Below the pieces are notes generated by a model. That model did not search any database, was not told the origin of the DNA, and was given only the letters and a program-made list of their open reading frames with translations. From Synechococcus sp. A15-24 (lineage in GTDB: Bacteria > Cyanobacteriota > Cyanobacteriia > PCC-6307 > Cyanobiaceae): 32,000 bases of DNA. The position numbers and the translations under genes were made by a program. Position 1 is the stretch's first letter. Every line of letters starts with the position of its first letter. The DNA is taken from NCBI RefSeq assembly GCF_014280195.1, contig NZ_CP047960.1, positions 1,260,001 to 1,292,000 of the forward strand, read 5' to 3'. Below are positions 17,159 through 25,222 of the stretch, one piece after another.

Positions 17159-17398
17159 TCAGTAATAACGACCGGGATATTCCCCAGGGTGATCAACCCG
17201 CGTGACGCGGACACCGGCCTCGTGCTGACCATCCAGCATCAGCAGATCACTGCCGGACACGGTGTAACCCAGCTCCTGGGCCAGCATGGCCACCTCATCA
17301 GCGGTGATGGCCGCTTGCACCTTCACCTGAAGAAGCGGATCCCGGCTCAGGTGCTGCAGAAACTGTTGCACCGCAGTCGATGGCATGGCGGCAGCCAA
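17159..17398 (-). CDS. Nif11-domain small protein (Nif11-type leader-like peptide)
   Basis: 79 aa. AVQQFLQHLSRDPLLQVKVQAAITADEVAMLAQELGYTVSGSDLL matches the Nif11 N-terminal domain pattern seen in prochlorosin-type leaders. The C-terminal 30 aa lack a GG cleavage motif and lack Cys. Confidence 0.7.
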   Translation of the reverse strand: MAAAMPSTAVQQFLQHLSRDPLLQVKVQAAITADEVAMLAQELGYTVSGSDLLMLDGQHEAGVRVTRVDHPGEYPGRYY

Positions 17399-17431
17399 GA
17401 GGAGATCAACTGTCCCATGGAGCTGAACAAG

Positions 17432-17650
17432 TCAGCGGCAGGGGCGGGGCTTCAAAAGTCGGGGGGCAGAGCGACGACGGGAACGACGCTGGGGGCCATA
17501 CAACGCTGGCCATGCCTCCGAGCGTTGCCCGCATTGGAGACAGATGGAGCGTCGTGGGACTGGTGAATCCTTGGAATGCCCCAGGTTGAGCTGATGGCAG
17601 TTCCGACAGATCAAAACGAACTCAGGCATCACCATTCCCTCGGAACTCAT
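17432..17650 (-). CDS. Small zinc-ribbon-like protein with a basic tail
   Basis: It has CRNC ... CLQC pairs and an Arg-rich C-terminus. It lies immediately upstream of the Nif11 gene on the same strand. Confidence 0.4.
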   Translation of the reverse strand: MSSEGMVMPEFVLICRNCHQLNLGHSKDSPVPRRSICLQCGQRSEAWPALYGPQRRSRRRSAPRLLKPRPCR

Positions 17651-17739
17651 TTATTTCAACAGAGTGATTTCGATCTGCAAATCAGCCCCGGACGGACACC
17701 CCCCTGACGCCGAAGATCACTAACAGCCACGTTCCATCG

Positions 17740-17904
17740 ATGGACAGCATCAGCCGCATCTGCGCCACCTCAAAAGGGTCAACCATCGATGCCATCGGCC
17801 ACGGTCGTTATCGGGTCTGCAATCGCAACGCCATCTGCTCCGAGGTGGAAGGTCTCTGGCAGGCCTACGAAGCACTGCGCCTGCAGGAACAGCAGTTGAC
17901 CTGA
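17740..17904 (+). CDS. 54-aa hypothetical protein (MDSISRICATSKGSTIDAIGHGRYRVCNRNAICSEVEGLWQAYEALRLQEQQLT)
   Basis: Hand translation; below the track's cutoff. It has an ATG start, a TGA stop and strong C/G third-position bias. Confidence 0.4.
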   Translation: MDSISRICATSKGSTIDAIGHGRYRVCNRNAICSEVEGLWQAYEALRLQEQQLT

Positions 17905-18005
17905 GAAAAAAGGACATCGTGCTGTGAAGCGATCCCGAAGAGATCTGCACGGATCGGGATCAAATCTGCCACGGGCACGAGCGTGGAGCTTCCGGCACGA
18001 ATGCC

Positions 18006-18212
18006 ATGTTCATCATCGAGGGTCTCACCGACAACGGCTGGAGTTTTGAAGCACGCCACGACAGTCGCGACAATGCGTTCTGGCATGCGCGTGCCAAAAG
18101 TGATGCCACAGGCCGCACGTTTCGCCTGATCAGCCAGGACCAGCAGATGGTCTGCCTGTTGACATCAAAAGGCTCCGATTGCTGGGGAATGGAATCGGAG
18201 TTGGTCGCCTGA
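18006..18212 (+). CDS. Small conserved hypothetical protein, paralog family member 2 (68 aa)
   Basis: MFIIEGLTDNGWSFEARHDSRDNAFWHARAKSDATGRTFRLIS aligns with the ORFs at 44..259 and 21500..21682. Confidence 0.55.
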   Translation: MFIIEGLTDNGWSFEARHDSRDNAFWHARAKSDATGRTFRLISQDQQMVCLLTSKGSDCWGMESELVA

Positions 18213-18309
18213 GCCAATCAACTCCGGGTAAGTAACAACACCTACAGCCCGGACAGGTTCACTCAGTAACACTGTGAACACCCCGGTGAGGGGTATGCGT
18301 CGATTGACG

Positions 18310-18336
18310 GGAGGGCCTGGGAAACCCTCCTTTTTT
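18310..18336 (+). terminator. Rho-independent terminator
   Basis: GGAGGG (18310-18315) pairs with CCCTCC (18325-18330) around a 9-nt loop. A T6 run follows (18331-18336). Confidence 0.7.
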
Positions 18337-18386
18337 GTGACTGAAATCAGCGCTATGGATTGAACGCAATCAGGCGCCTCGGCCCG

Positions 18387-19865
18387 ATGATCGACCTCCC
18401 CCCCATCTGCGGCCGTGAATCTGAGCTGATGCAACTGATGCAGCAGCAACCACCGATCTGGAGGCACCACAGCAATCTCGATCTCAGCCGCATCCGCTCC
18501 GGCTTCGCCTGCGCGCTGCACATGCATCAACCCACGGTGCCTGCCGGAGCGAAAGATGCCCTGATCTCCCATCTGCAATACATGGTTGAGCATCCGGGAG
18601 AAGGCGATAACCACAACGCCGAACCGTTTGCTCAGTGCTACCGCCGCATGGCGGATCTGATCCCGGATCTGATCCGCCGAGGCTGCAACCCGCGGATCAT
18701 GCTCGATTACTCGGGGAACCTGCTCTGGGGTGTCGGGCAGATGGGCCGTGAGGACATCACCGGAGCCCTGCGATACCTCGCCTGCGATTCAGAGATGCAG
18801 CGACATGTGGAGTGGCTTGGCACGTTCTGGAGCCATGCCGTTGCTCCATCCACACCGATTCCTGATCTGAAGCTGCAGATTATGGCCTGGCAACACCAGT
18901 TCGCAGCGATGTTCGGTGATGCCGCTCTGCAACGCGTCAGGGGATTTTCTCCACCGGAGATGCATCTCCCCAACCATCCGGACACGCTGTTTCAGTTCAT
19001 CCTTGCCCTGAAGCAATGCGGCTACCGCTGGCTGCTGGTGCAGGAGCACAGCGTCGAAACCCTGGACGGAACTCCGCTGGCACAGGAGCAGAAACACCTC
19101 CCAAACCGCCTGATGGCCCGCAACAGTTGCGGGGAAACCATCAGCATCACGGCGCTGATCAAGACCCAGGGTTCGGACACCAAACTCGTCGGCCAGATGC
19201 AACCCTGCTACGAAGCGATGGGGTTGCGACCCACGACGTTGGCGGGGCGAGAAATACCACCGGTGGTCAGCCAGATCGCCGATGGCGAAAACGGTGGCGT
19301 GATGATGAACGAGTTTCCAGCTGCCTACTGCCAGGCCAACGAACGGATCCGTGACGACAGCAATGGAACCGTGGCGATCAACGGCTCGGAATACCTGGAG
19401 CTGCTTGAGGCCGCAGGCATCTCCGAAGACGAATGTCCTGCCATTCAGGCGGTTCAGCAACAGCGGCTGTGGAATGCCGTCGGCGCAACCCTCAACCGCC
19501 AGACCGTGGAGGAGGCGATCGATCGGCTGGCAACAGCCGGTGATGGTTTCTCGATGGAAGGAGCCTCATGGACCAGCAACCTCAGCTGGGTGGCTGGGTA
19601 CGAGAACGTGCTGGAGCCGATGAACGAGCTGAGTGCGCGCTTCCATCAGCGATTCGACGCCGCGGTGAACAGCGAGCTCAGCCTGACGGGCACATCCAGC
19701 TATCGGGACGCTCTCCTGCACCTCCTGCTGTTGGAGACCAGCTGCTTTCGCTACTGGGGACAGGGCACCTGGACCGACTACGCCAGAACGCTGTATCGAC
19801 GGGGGGACGCTTTGTTGCAGCAGATGCCAATCAATGGCCCGGACACAGCAGACGCCCTTGGATGA
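18387..19865 (+). CDS. Glycoside hydrolase family 57-like protein
   Basis: GH57 signature regions are present: LHMHQP, GFSPPEMHLP (nucleophile Glu context) and IADGENGG (acid/base Asp context). The ATG at 18387 is preferred over the track's TTG at 18360. Confidence 0.8.
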   Translation: MIDLPPICGRESELMQLMQQQPPIWRHHSNLDLSRIRSGFACALHMHQPTVPAGAKDALISHLQYMVEHPGEGDNHNAEPFAQCYRRMADLIPDLIRRGCNPRIMLDYSGNLLWGVGQMGREDITGALRYLACDSEMQRHVEWLGTFWSHAVAPSTPIPDLKLQIMAWQHQFAAMFGDAALQRVRGFSPPEMHLPNHPDTLFQFILALKQCGYRWLLVQEHSVETLDGTPLAQEQKHLPNRLMARNSCGETISITALIKTQGSDTKLVGQMQPCYEAMGLRPTTLAGREIPPVVSQIADGENGGVMMNEFPAAYCQANERIRDDSNGTVAINGSEYLELLEAAGISEDECPAIQAVQQQRLWNAVGATLNRQTVEEAIDRLATAGDGFSMEGASWTSNLSWVAGYENVLEPMNELSARFHQRFDAAVNSELSLTGTSSYRDALLHLLLLETSCFRYWGQGTWTDYARTLYRRGDALLQQMPINGPDTADALG

Positions 19866-19886
19866 GACGCCCAGAACCACTCACCC

Positions 19887-20060
19887 ATGGCCTACGAACC
19901 GGGCACAGCCGAATGCCGTGTGCTGATCCGCAGCAAGGAACAGATCGAAACCTTGCTGTTGGAGCTCAGCAAACTGGACGGCACGGATGAGCTGCTGCAG
20001 CAACTCCGGCAGGTGCACAGCCAACTCGAAGCTCTGCACGATCTGAGAAGAGCCTCCTGA
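19887..20060 (+). CDS. 57-aa helical hypothetical protein (MAYEPGTAECRVLIRSKEQIETLLLELSKLDGTDELLQQLRQVHSQLEALHDLRRAS)
   Basis: Hand translation. It has better codon bias than the antisense track ORF 19881..20084. Confidence 0.4.
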   Translation: MAYEPGTAECRVLIRSKEQIETLLLELSKLDGTDELLQQLRQVHSQLEALHDLRRAS

Positions 20061-20127
20061 CCAATCCTGAGAAGGAACGTTCACATCCCGTTACAAGCGT
20101 GTAGATTGCTGCAAAAGAGGTTGACCT

Positions 20128-20250
20128 ATGGGCGACTACTCGACCGCAATCGTCGCCACTCTCGTGGTGACTGTCGTCTTGACGGGTGCCGTTGTGTTCG
20201 CCTTGATGCAGCCTTCTGATCTACCTGTCAGCAAGCGCGAGAAGGAGTGA
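20128..20250 (+). CDS. 40-aa single-TM peptide (MGDYSTAIVATLVVTVVLTGAVVFALMQPSDLPVSKREKE)
   Basis: Hand translation. An AAGAGG Shine-Dalgarno-like sequence sits 8 nt upstream of the ATG. Confidence 0.4.
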   Translation: MGDYSTAIVATLVVTVVLTGAVVFALMQPSDLPVSKREKE

Positions 20251-20254
20251 TTCC

Positions 20255-20353
20255 ATGGAATTGATCAGTGAATTGATGATTGCTGCCGCGGATATCACCG
20301 TTGCGTTGATTGTTGCCATTTCTCTACCAAACGGAAAAGCCACGGAGGTCTGA
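20255..20353 (+). CDS. 32-aa hydrophobic peptide (MELISELMIAAADITVALIVAISLPNGKATEV)
   Basis: Hand translation. It starts 4 nt after the previous stop, and a GAAGGAG sequence lies just upstream. Confidence 0.35.
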   Translation: MELISELMIAAADITVALIVAISLPNGKATEV

Positions 20354-20436
20354 CAGATCAGATCATTCGGTGTAATTGATACTGTCCCAGGCATTTGGAA
20401 TCTGTAGCTTCTGCTCAATTCCTTCGAGTCGAGAGC

Positions 20437-20619
20437 ATGTCAAACGAACAGGGGGGAGCATGTATGCAAATGGATGTCCATGCACTGCGTTTGCTTCACC
20501 GGGTTGTTTCTGAGGCTTACGCGAACTGGCCTGGCGGATGCCCTGAGGAACAACAGTGCCTGCAAACCATGAAAATGCAGCTGTACGCCGCATTGATGGA
20601 TCATTTACTCGAGCAGTGA
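20437..20619 (+). CDS. 60-aa hypothetical protein
   Basis: This is the track ORF 20395..20619 trimmed to its first ATG (MSNEQGGACMQMDVHALRLL...). No family was recognised. Confidence 0.3.
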   Translation: MSNEQGGACMQMDVHALRLLHRVVSEAYANWPGGCPEEQQCLQTMKMQLYAALMDHLLEQ

Positions 20620-20968
20620 ACGCGACCTTTCAGTTTGTTTACTCAGATCAGTCTGCACCAGATCCTTGAGCAAAAGAGTTAATCCCACTCCCATCAAGGC
20701 AAGAGCAGTTCCCTTGTCCTTGTCTGCAGTCAATGACACCGACCGAGCCAGTTCCAGATGCTGAGACCAAGAAAAGTGCATCGGACATCTGAACCGGATG
20801 TTGACATTCAAGAAGATCACTCTGCCATCAACGGGAGAGTGATGCCATCAGGCAACGCTCTGTAATGAAACAAATGTCACTTCACGCACACACATCACCT
20901 GCGATGTTCGTTTTGTTACGCCATTGAGGATTGAGGCCAATACATTCCCTTCAATCGCCTGAGTTTTG

Positions 20969-21142
20969 ATGGATCCCATTGCCCTCACCCTCGGTCAAAA
21001 GTTTGAGCTGGAGAAGAGAACGCGCGACATCACTGCCATCACAGATGTTCAGCAGTTGCAAGCTCTGACCAAAGACCTCCTGCTGGCCTGGCAACAGGAA
21101 ATTGCCCGATCCAGAGCCGCGGTGGAGGATGCCCTCGGCTGA
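20969..21142 (+). CDS. NblA-like 57-aa two-helix protein (candidate phycobilisome degradation adaptor)
   Basis: Hand translation: MDPIALTLGQKFELEKRTRDITAITDVQQLQALTKDLLLAWQQEIARSRAAVEDALG. The length and the L-[ST]-L-x-Q-x-F-x-L start resemble NblA. The antisense track ORF 20951..21316 looks spurious. Confidence 0.4.
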   Translation: MDPIALTLGQKFELEKRTRDITAITDVQQLQALTKDLLLAWQQEIARSRAAVEDALG

Positions 21143-21156
21143 GACCGGCTCTTCAC

Positions 21157-21330
21157 TCAGCGCCGCTGACCGGGGCTCCAGCGGCGTTCCAGCGATGCAC
21201 GAAAGGCTTCCGTATCCCCTCTCATTCCCCCGGGACGTCGGCGCCAGCCACGGGTGATCCGCCAGAACTTCCACAGGGAGCCGACGGCCACGACACCCCA
21301 GGCCAGGAGAAACCATGACGGACTAGGCAT
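21157..21330 (-). CDS. 57-aa single-TM protein with a basic tail (MPSPSWFLLAWGVVAVGSLWKFWRITRGWRRRPGG...)
   Basis: Hand translation in a different frame from the track ORF. It has an ATG start and a TGA stop. Confidence 0.3.
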   Translation of the reverse strand: MPSPSWFLLAWGVVAVGSLWKFWRITRGWRRRPGGMRGDTEAFRASLERRWSPGQRR

Positions 21331-21395
21331 TCAAGGGCGTCTCACTAGGTCCATGCTATTGAATTCAACTGAGGTGCTGATCACATTGAATCGTC

Positions 21396-21509
21396 ATGGA
21401 TCCTGAGGTTCGCCAGTTCGTGATCGCTCAGCTGTTGGTGATCGTGGTTCCTGTTGGTTTGTTATTTGCGCTTTGGGTCTCCCTGTTGAACAAGAACGTT
21501 CAACGTTGA
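21396..21509 (+). CDS. 37-aa single-TM peptide (MDPEVRQFVIAQLLVIVVPVGLLFALWVSLLNKNVQR)
   Basis: Hand translation; below the track's cutoff. Confidence 0.3.
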   Translation: MDPEVRQFVIAQLLVIVVPVGLLFALWVSLLNKNVQR

Positions 21510-21682
21510 GTGCGCCCGTCGACGACGGCCACAACATGATTCCAGCTTGGATTCACGATCCTGTAGGTGCGCAGGGTGGCCATGGATTTGGTGCGGGCAT
21601 TCACAAAAGCCTTGAACTCTGTTTTGAAGCACATCTCCTTGATCCACTCCCCTTCAGCGTCCTGACGTTCAATGCAATACAT
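21500..21682 (-). CDS. Small conserved hypothetical protein, paralog family member 3 (60 aa)
   Basis: MYCIERQDAEGEWIKEMCFKTEFKAFVNARTKSMATLRTYRIV aligns with the ORFs at 44..259 and 18006..18212. Confidence 0.55.
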   Translation of the reverse strand: MYCIERQDAEGEWIKEMCFKTEFKAFVNARTKSMATLRTYRIVNPSWNHVVAVVDGRTQR

Positions 21683-21757
21683 GGCAAGTCAATAGCACTG
21701 TCATGCAAGGTCATCTGAATCAGCAACACACGAAATCAGCAGACGCTCTTTGGGATC

Positions 21758-22198
21758 ATGCTGAAATCTCCACACTCCATCAGCTCCTCAACATCGATGA
21801 CTCTGCTTGTGACGCTGTTTGCCCCCGTGCTGATGCTGTTTCACCTGGTTGGACCGGTGCCATCCGATCTCGGTGTGCACGACGGCGCGTTGAGCCCCTG
21901 CACCACTCCTGCCCACTGCGCGCGCCAGACCTGGCCTAGCAGCTCACCAGAACCGGACTTCAGCGCCCTGGTGGCCTACGTGACGGACATGCCTCGCACC
22001 GAGGTGATCGAGCAGACCAATCGCTACATCCACGCCGAAGCCAGCAGTGCCCTGTTCGGTTTTGTCGACGATCTCGAACTGCTCCTGGATTTGAACAACA
22101 GCAGTATCCAGGCACGCTCGGTGTCACGTCTCGGCGATTCCGACCTAGGAGTCAATGCCAACCGCCTGGGCGAACTGAAGGCACTGGTGAGCAACTGA
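21758..22198 (+). CDS. DUF1499-like protein with an N-terminal signal or TM segment
   Basis: The C-terminal SRLGDSDLGVNANRLGELKAL matches the S-R-x-G-x-S-D-x-G-x-N-x-x-R pattern I associate with DUF1499. The N-terminus is hydrophobic. Confidence 0.65.
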   Translation: MLKSPHSISSSTSMTLLVTLFAPVLMLFHLVGPVPSDLGVHDGALSPCTTPAHCARQTWPSSSPEPDFSALVAYVTDMPRTEVIEQTNRYIHAEASSALFGFVDDLELLLDLNNSSIQARSVSRLGDSDLGVNANRLGELKALVSN

Positions 22199-22204
22199 GC
22201 CCAC

Positions 22205-22369
22205 TCACACCTTGGCCTTGCGCAGATTGCCCAGGTCTTGGGCCAACTCACGCAAGCCGGTCACGAACCCGATACTGGCAACGCTCACGATCCCCACAAT
22301 GATCACGGTCTCCAACAGAGCGTGGGGATCGTTGAGCAGGGCGGGCCAGGCGCTAGTGAGTGCTGTCAT
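22205..22369 (-). CDS. 54-aa membrane protein ([54 protein letters not shown])
   Basis: This is the 3' part of track ORF 22205..22525, taken from the internal ATG at 22369. The rest of that ORF overlaps the DUF2130-like gene start region. Confidence 0.3.
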   Translation of the reverse strand: MTALTSAWPALLNDPHALLETVIIVGIVSVASIGFVTGLRELAQDLGNLRKAKV

Positions 22370-22420
22370 CTCGTCAGAATCTGCGTTCTCCTGTTGGTAG
22401 CAACACCTTCGTCTGAGGCC

Positions 22421-23788
22421 ATGCACGACATCATCTGCCCGCACTGCAGCAAGGCGTTCAAGGTGGATGAGGCCGGCTATGCCGACATCCTCAAGCAGGT
22501 GCGTGACCGCGAGTTCGAGCAGCAACTGAGCAAACGACTGGCGCTGGCGGAGCAGGAGAAACGCAATGCCATCGACTTGGCTCTGGCCCGAAAGCAGACG
22601 GAATTACAGGAGCTGGAGGCGCAGCTGCGGGCTCGGGATGTGAAGCAGGAACTGGCGGTGAAGGAGGCCGTGAGCACCGCCGAGAAGCAACGGGATCTAC
22701 TGGCCAGCGAATTGCAGCAGATGAGGGACAACAGTGAGACCGCTGCCCGCATGGCGGAGACGCGTTTTGCCAAGGAGATCCAGACGCTCACGTTGCAGAA
22801 AGACGGAGAAGTCCGCGATCTGAGAGCGCAGCTGGAGGCCAGCGGCATGCAGACCAAACTGGCGGTGACCGAAGCTCTCAGTGGTGTTGAAAAAGAGCGC
22901 GACGAGCTCCGCAACAGCTTGAGCCAAAGCGATCTCAAGCATCAACTGGACACCCAGTCGATGAAAGAGCGCTATGAGCTGCAGATTCACGATCGAGATC
23001 AGGCGATTGAACGCCTGCGGGACATGAAGGCACGGCTCTCCACAAAAATGGTGGGAGAGACATTGGAACAGCACTGCGAAACGGAGTTCAACCGCATCCG
23101 GGCTGCAGCTTTTCCCAGGGCTTACTTCGAGAAGGACAACGATGCACGCAGTGGAAGCAAGGGGGATTACATCTTCCGAGACAGCGACGAAGCCGACAAC
23201 GAAATCATCTCGATCATGTTTGAGATGAAGAATGAGGCCGACACCACCGCCACCAAAAAGAGGAACGAGGACTTCCTCAAGGAACTCGACAAGGACCGAC
23301 GCGAGAAAGGCTGTGAATACGCCGTGCTCGTGTCCCTGCTTGAAGCAGACAGTGAGCTTTACAACTCAGGGATTGTTGATGTCTCCCACCGCTTCGCCAA
23401 GACCTATGTGATCCGGCCCCAGTTCTTCATTCCGTTCATCACGCTGTTGCGCAACGCTGCCTTGAAATCATTGGAGGTGAAAGCCGAACTGGCCCTGGTG
23501 AAGGCTCAGAACATTGACGTGACCAATTTTGAAAACGACCTCGAGTCGTTCAAGACAGCCTTCTCCCGCAACTACGACCTAGCTTCCCGTCGCTTCCAGA
23601 CGGCCATCGATGAAATCGACAAATCCATCGACCATCTGCAGAAAACCAAGGACGCACTCCTCGGCGCCGATCGCAACCTGCGCCTTGCCAACGACAAGGC
23701 ACAGGATGTTTCCGTCAAAAGGCTGACGCGACGCAACCCGACGATGGCCCAGAAATTCGCCGAGTTGCAGGATCAGGATTCCACCTGA
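22421..23788 (+). CDS. DUF2130-like protein: N-terminal zinc ribbon, long coiled coil, C-terminal PD-(D/E)xK-like domain (RmuC-like architecture)
   Basis: The start is set at the ATG at 22421 ([36 protein letters not shown]). It has about 200 aa of heptad-rich Glu/Lys/Arg/Leu sequence, then GDYIFRD ... IMFEMKNE (D ... ExK). Confidence 0.8.
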   Translation: MHDIICPHCSKAFKVDEAGYADILKQVRDREFEQQLSKRLALAEQEKRNAIDLALARKQTELQELEAQLRARDVKQELAVKEAVSTAEKQRDLLASELQQMRDNSETAARMAETRFAKEIQTLTLQKDGEVRDLRAQLEASGMQTKLAVTEALSGVEKERDELRNSLSQSDLKHQLDTQSMKERYELQIHDRDQAIERLRDMKARLSTKMVGETLEQHCETEFNRIRAAAFPRAYFEKDNDARSGSKGDYIFRDSDEADNEIISIMFEMKNEADTTATKKRNEDFLKELDKDRREKGCEYAVLVSLLEADSELYNSGIVDVSHRFAKTYVIRPQFFIPFITLLRNAALKSLEVKAELALVKAQNIDVTNFENDLESFKTAFSRNYDLASRRFQTAIDEIDKSIDHLQKTKDALLGADRNLRLANDKAQDVSVKRLTRRNPTMAQKFAELQDQDST

Positions 23789-23789
23789 A

Positions 23790-24134
23790 TCAGGCGAACT
23801 TGCGGGGATAAGGGGTGTTTCCGGACAGTTCTATGTTGATCTCACGGCAGATGTTCAACAAAGCGCCGGTCCCCATATCGGGGCCGTTGGGGCCATCGAT
23901 GAATGCCTGGAATTCAACGTCGCTGATGCCTTCACGCACTTCCCAGATGCAGAAGGCAGGTCCTTCCAGACCAACGGGATTGAACGAATGGTTGTAGAAG
24001 CCAGCTTCTAGATTGCGGGTCACGGCGTCGTCCCAGCCACCACCGGGGGCCAGGGCCTTTTGAACGGTCTCAAACCATTGCTGTGCTGTTCCGGCACGGA
24101 ATTCGTGCTGAACGTGGAAAAAGCGGGATGCCAT
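23790..24134 (-). CDS. Hypothetical protein (114 aa)
   Basis: The ORF is clean with good codon bias. No family was recognised. Confidence 0.55.
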   Translation of the reverse strand: MASRFFHVQHEFRAGTAQQWFETVQKALAPGGGWDDAVTRNLEAGFYNHSFNPVGLEGPAFCIWEVREGISDVEFQAFIDGPNGPDMGTGALLNICREINIELSGNTPYPRKFA

Positions 24135-24173
24135 TGTTTATGACGAGATAGGAATGAATGAGAGAGCGGTGGA

Positions 24174-24599
24174 TCAACCGGCGATGTTGACGCCTTCCTT
24201 GGTGACAATCTCCACCACCTTGGCCATGTCGTTCAGATCCTTTTCGTTGGCCTTCAGGCTCTTAAACACGGATTCGACACCGCCAGGCTGACCCACCATC
24301 ACGTAGCGGCAGAAGTCGCCATTCGGCGTAGGGGCGTGAACAACACCAGCTTTGACCTGATAGCAACCACCTTGTCCCACAACGGTGGTCTCCCCATTGA
24401 TATTGAGGTTGAGCTCCCCTTCCAGCACGAGATAGGTTTCATCCCAGGCGTGGGTGTGAGGTGGCTGCCCCACCCCACCGGGTGTGGCGAATTCGGCCAC
24501 GCTGTACTTGCCGTCGGTCTGCTCGGTGGTGAGGCGAAGGGTGATGGAGTCACCCAGCACGTTGCAGACCTCAGGTTTTTGGTTAAACATGCCGAGCAT
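24174..24599 (-). CDS. Cupin-domain protein
   Basis: Cupin motif 1 is G..QPPHTHAWDETYLVLEGEL and motif 2 is G..Y.V.AGVVHAP. Confidence 0.8.
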   Translation of the reverse strand: MLGMFNQKPEVCNVLGDSITLRLTTEQTDGKYSVAEFATPGGVGQPPHTHAWDETYLVLEGELNLNINGETTVVGQGGCYQVKAGVVHAPTPNGDFCRYVMVGQPGGVESVFKSLKANEKDLNDMAKVVEIVTKEGVNIAG

Positions 24600-24682
24600 G
24601 TCGATCGTTCAGATGCAAAATGCTTCTAATGGATTGGCTCGTTCAGCGCTGTGCTGCGCCGAACACAAGCAACACCATCACA

Positions 24683-25180
24683 ATGCCTTCGTCACCCAGA
24701 AACAGAATCGGTGAGGTCTACGGACAGCTCACGGTGGTTCGGGCGTCTGAGCGACGAACAAAGGCTGGCAATGCCTATTGGTGGTGCCAGTGCATCTGCG
24801 GGAAGGAACGGGAGGTGCCTGGAGACAAACTTTCCCTGAACATCGCCCGTCGCAAGCCGATCGTTGATGCCTGTGAAACCTGCGCCCGTGAACGCCAGGT
24901 GGAAGGTGTCTGTATCAAGAACGATCAGGAAGAGAAGATCCGCCGTGTCCAGGCAAAGCGTGAACGGAAACAGCTCAAAGGGCTTGTTCCGGATCGATGG
25001 TTGTTGCTGCCCCTCACCGACGCCCATGCCAGAGAATTGGGCCAGACCTTGTTTTTCCGCGGCACGCACTGCCTGCGGGGCCATCTGGCGCCCTATCGGA
25101 TCAACGGGGGTTGTCAGGCTTGCTCGGGTCAGACCCCGTCGGCGGGAGATTTGCCACTAACCAGGCCCACAGCGTCATGA
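24683..25180 (+). CDS. Cys-rich hypothetical protein with phage-like motif pattern
   Basis: The start is taken at the ATG at 24683 (MPSSPRNRIGEVYGQLTVV...). Its motifs are G-x-L-T-V...YWWCQCICGKE...CETC and FFRGTHCLRGHLAPYRINGGCQAC. It sits in a visibly more A/T-rich patch. Confidence 0.55.
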   Translation: MPSSPRNRIGEVYGQLTVVRASERRTKAGNAYWWCQCICGKEREVPGDKLSLNIARRKPIVDACETCARERQVEGVCIKNDQEEKIRRVQAKRERKQLKGLVPDRWLLLPLTDAHARELGQTLFFRGTHCLRGHLAPYRINGGCQACSGQTPSAGDLPLTRPTAS

Positions 25181-25222
25181 CCGACGCCCCAAAGGCCATC
25201 AATGCGAGGAGCTTGGACTCCA

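Noticed and set aside
19881-20084. The 67-aa - strand track ORF between the GH57 gene and the miniprotein islet.
   Set aside because: The opposite-strand 57-aa ORF (19887..20060) has a proper ATG, better third-position GC bias and a coherent helical sequence. The - strand ORF is probably its shadow.
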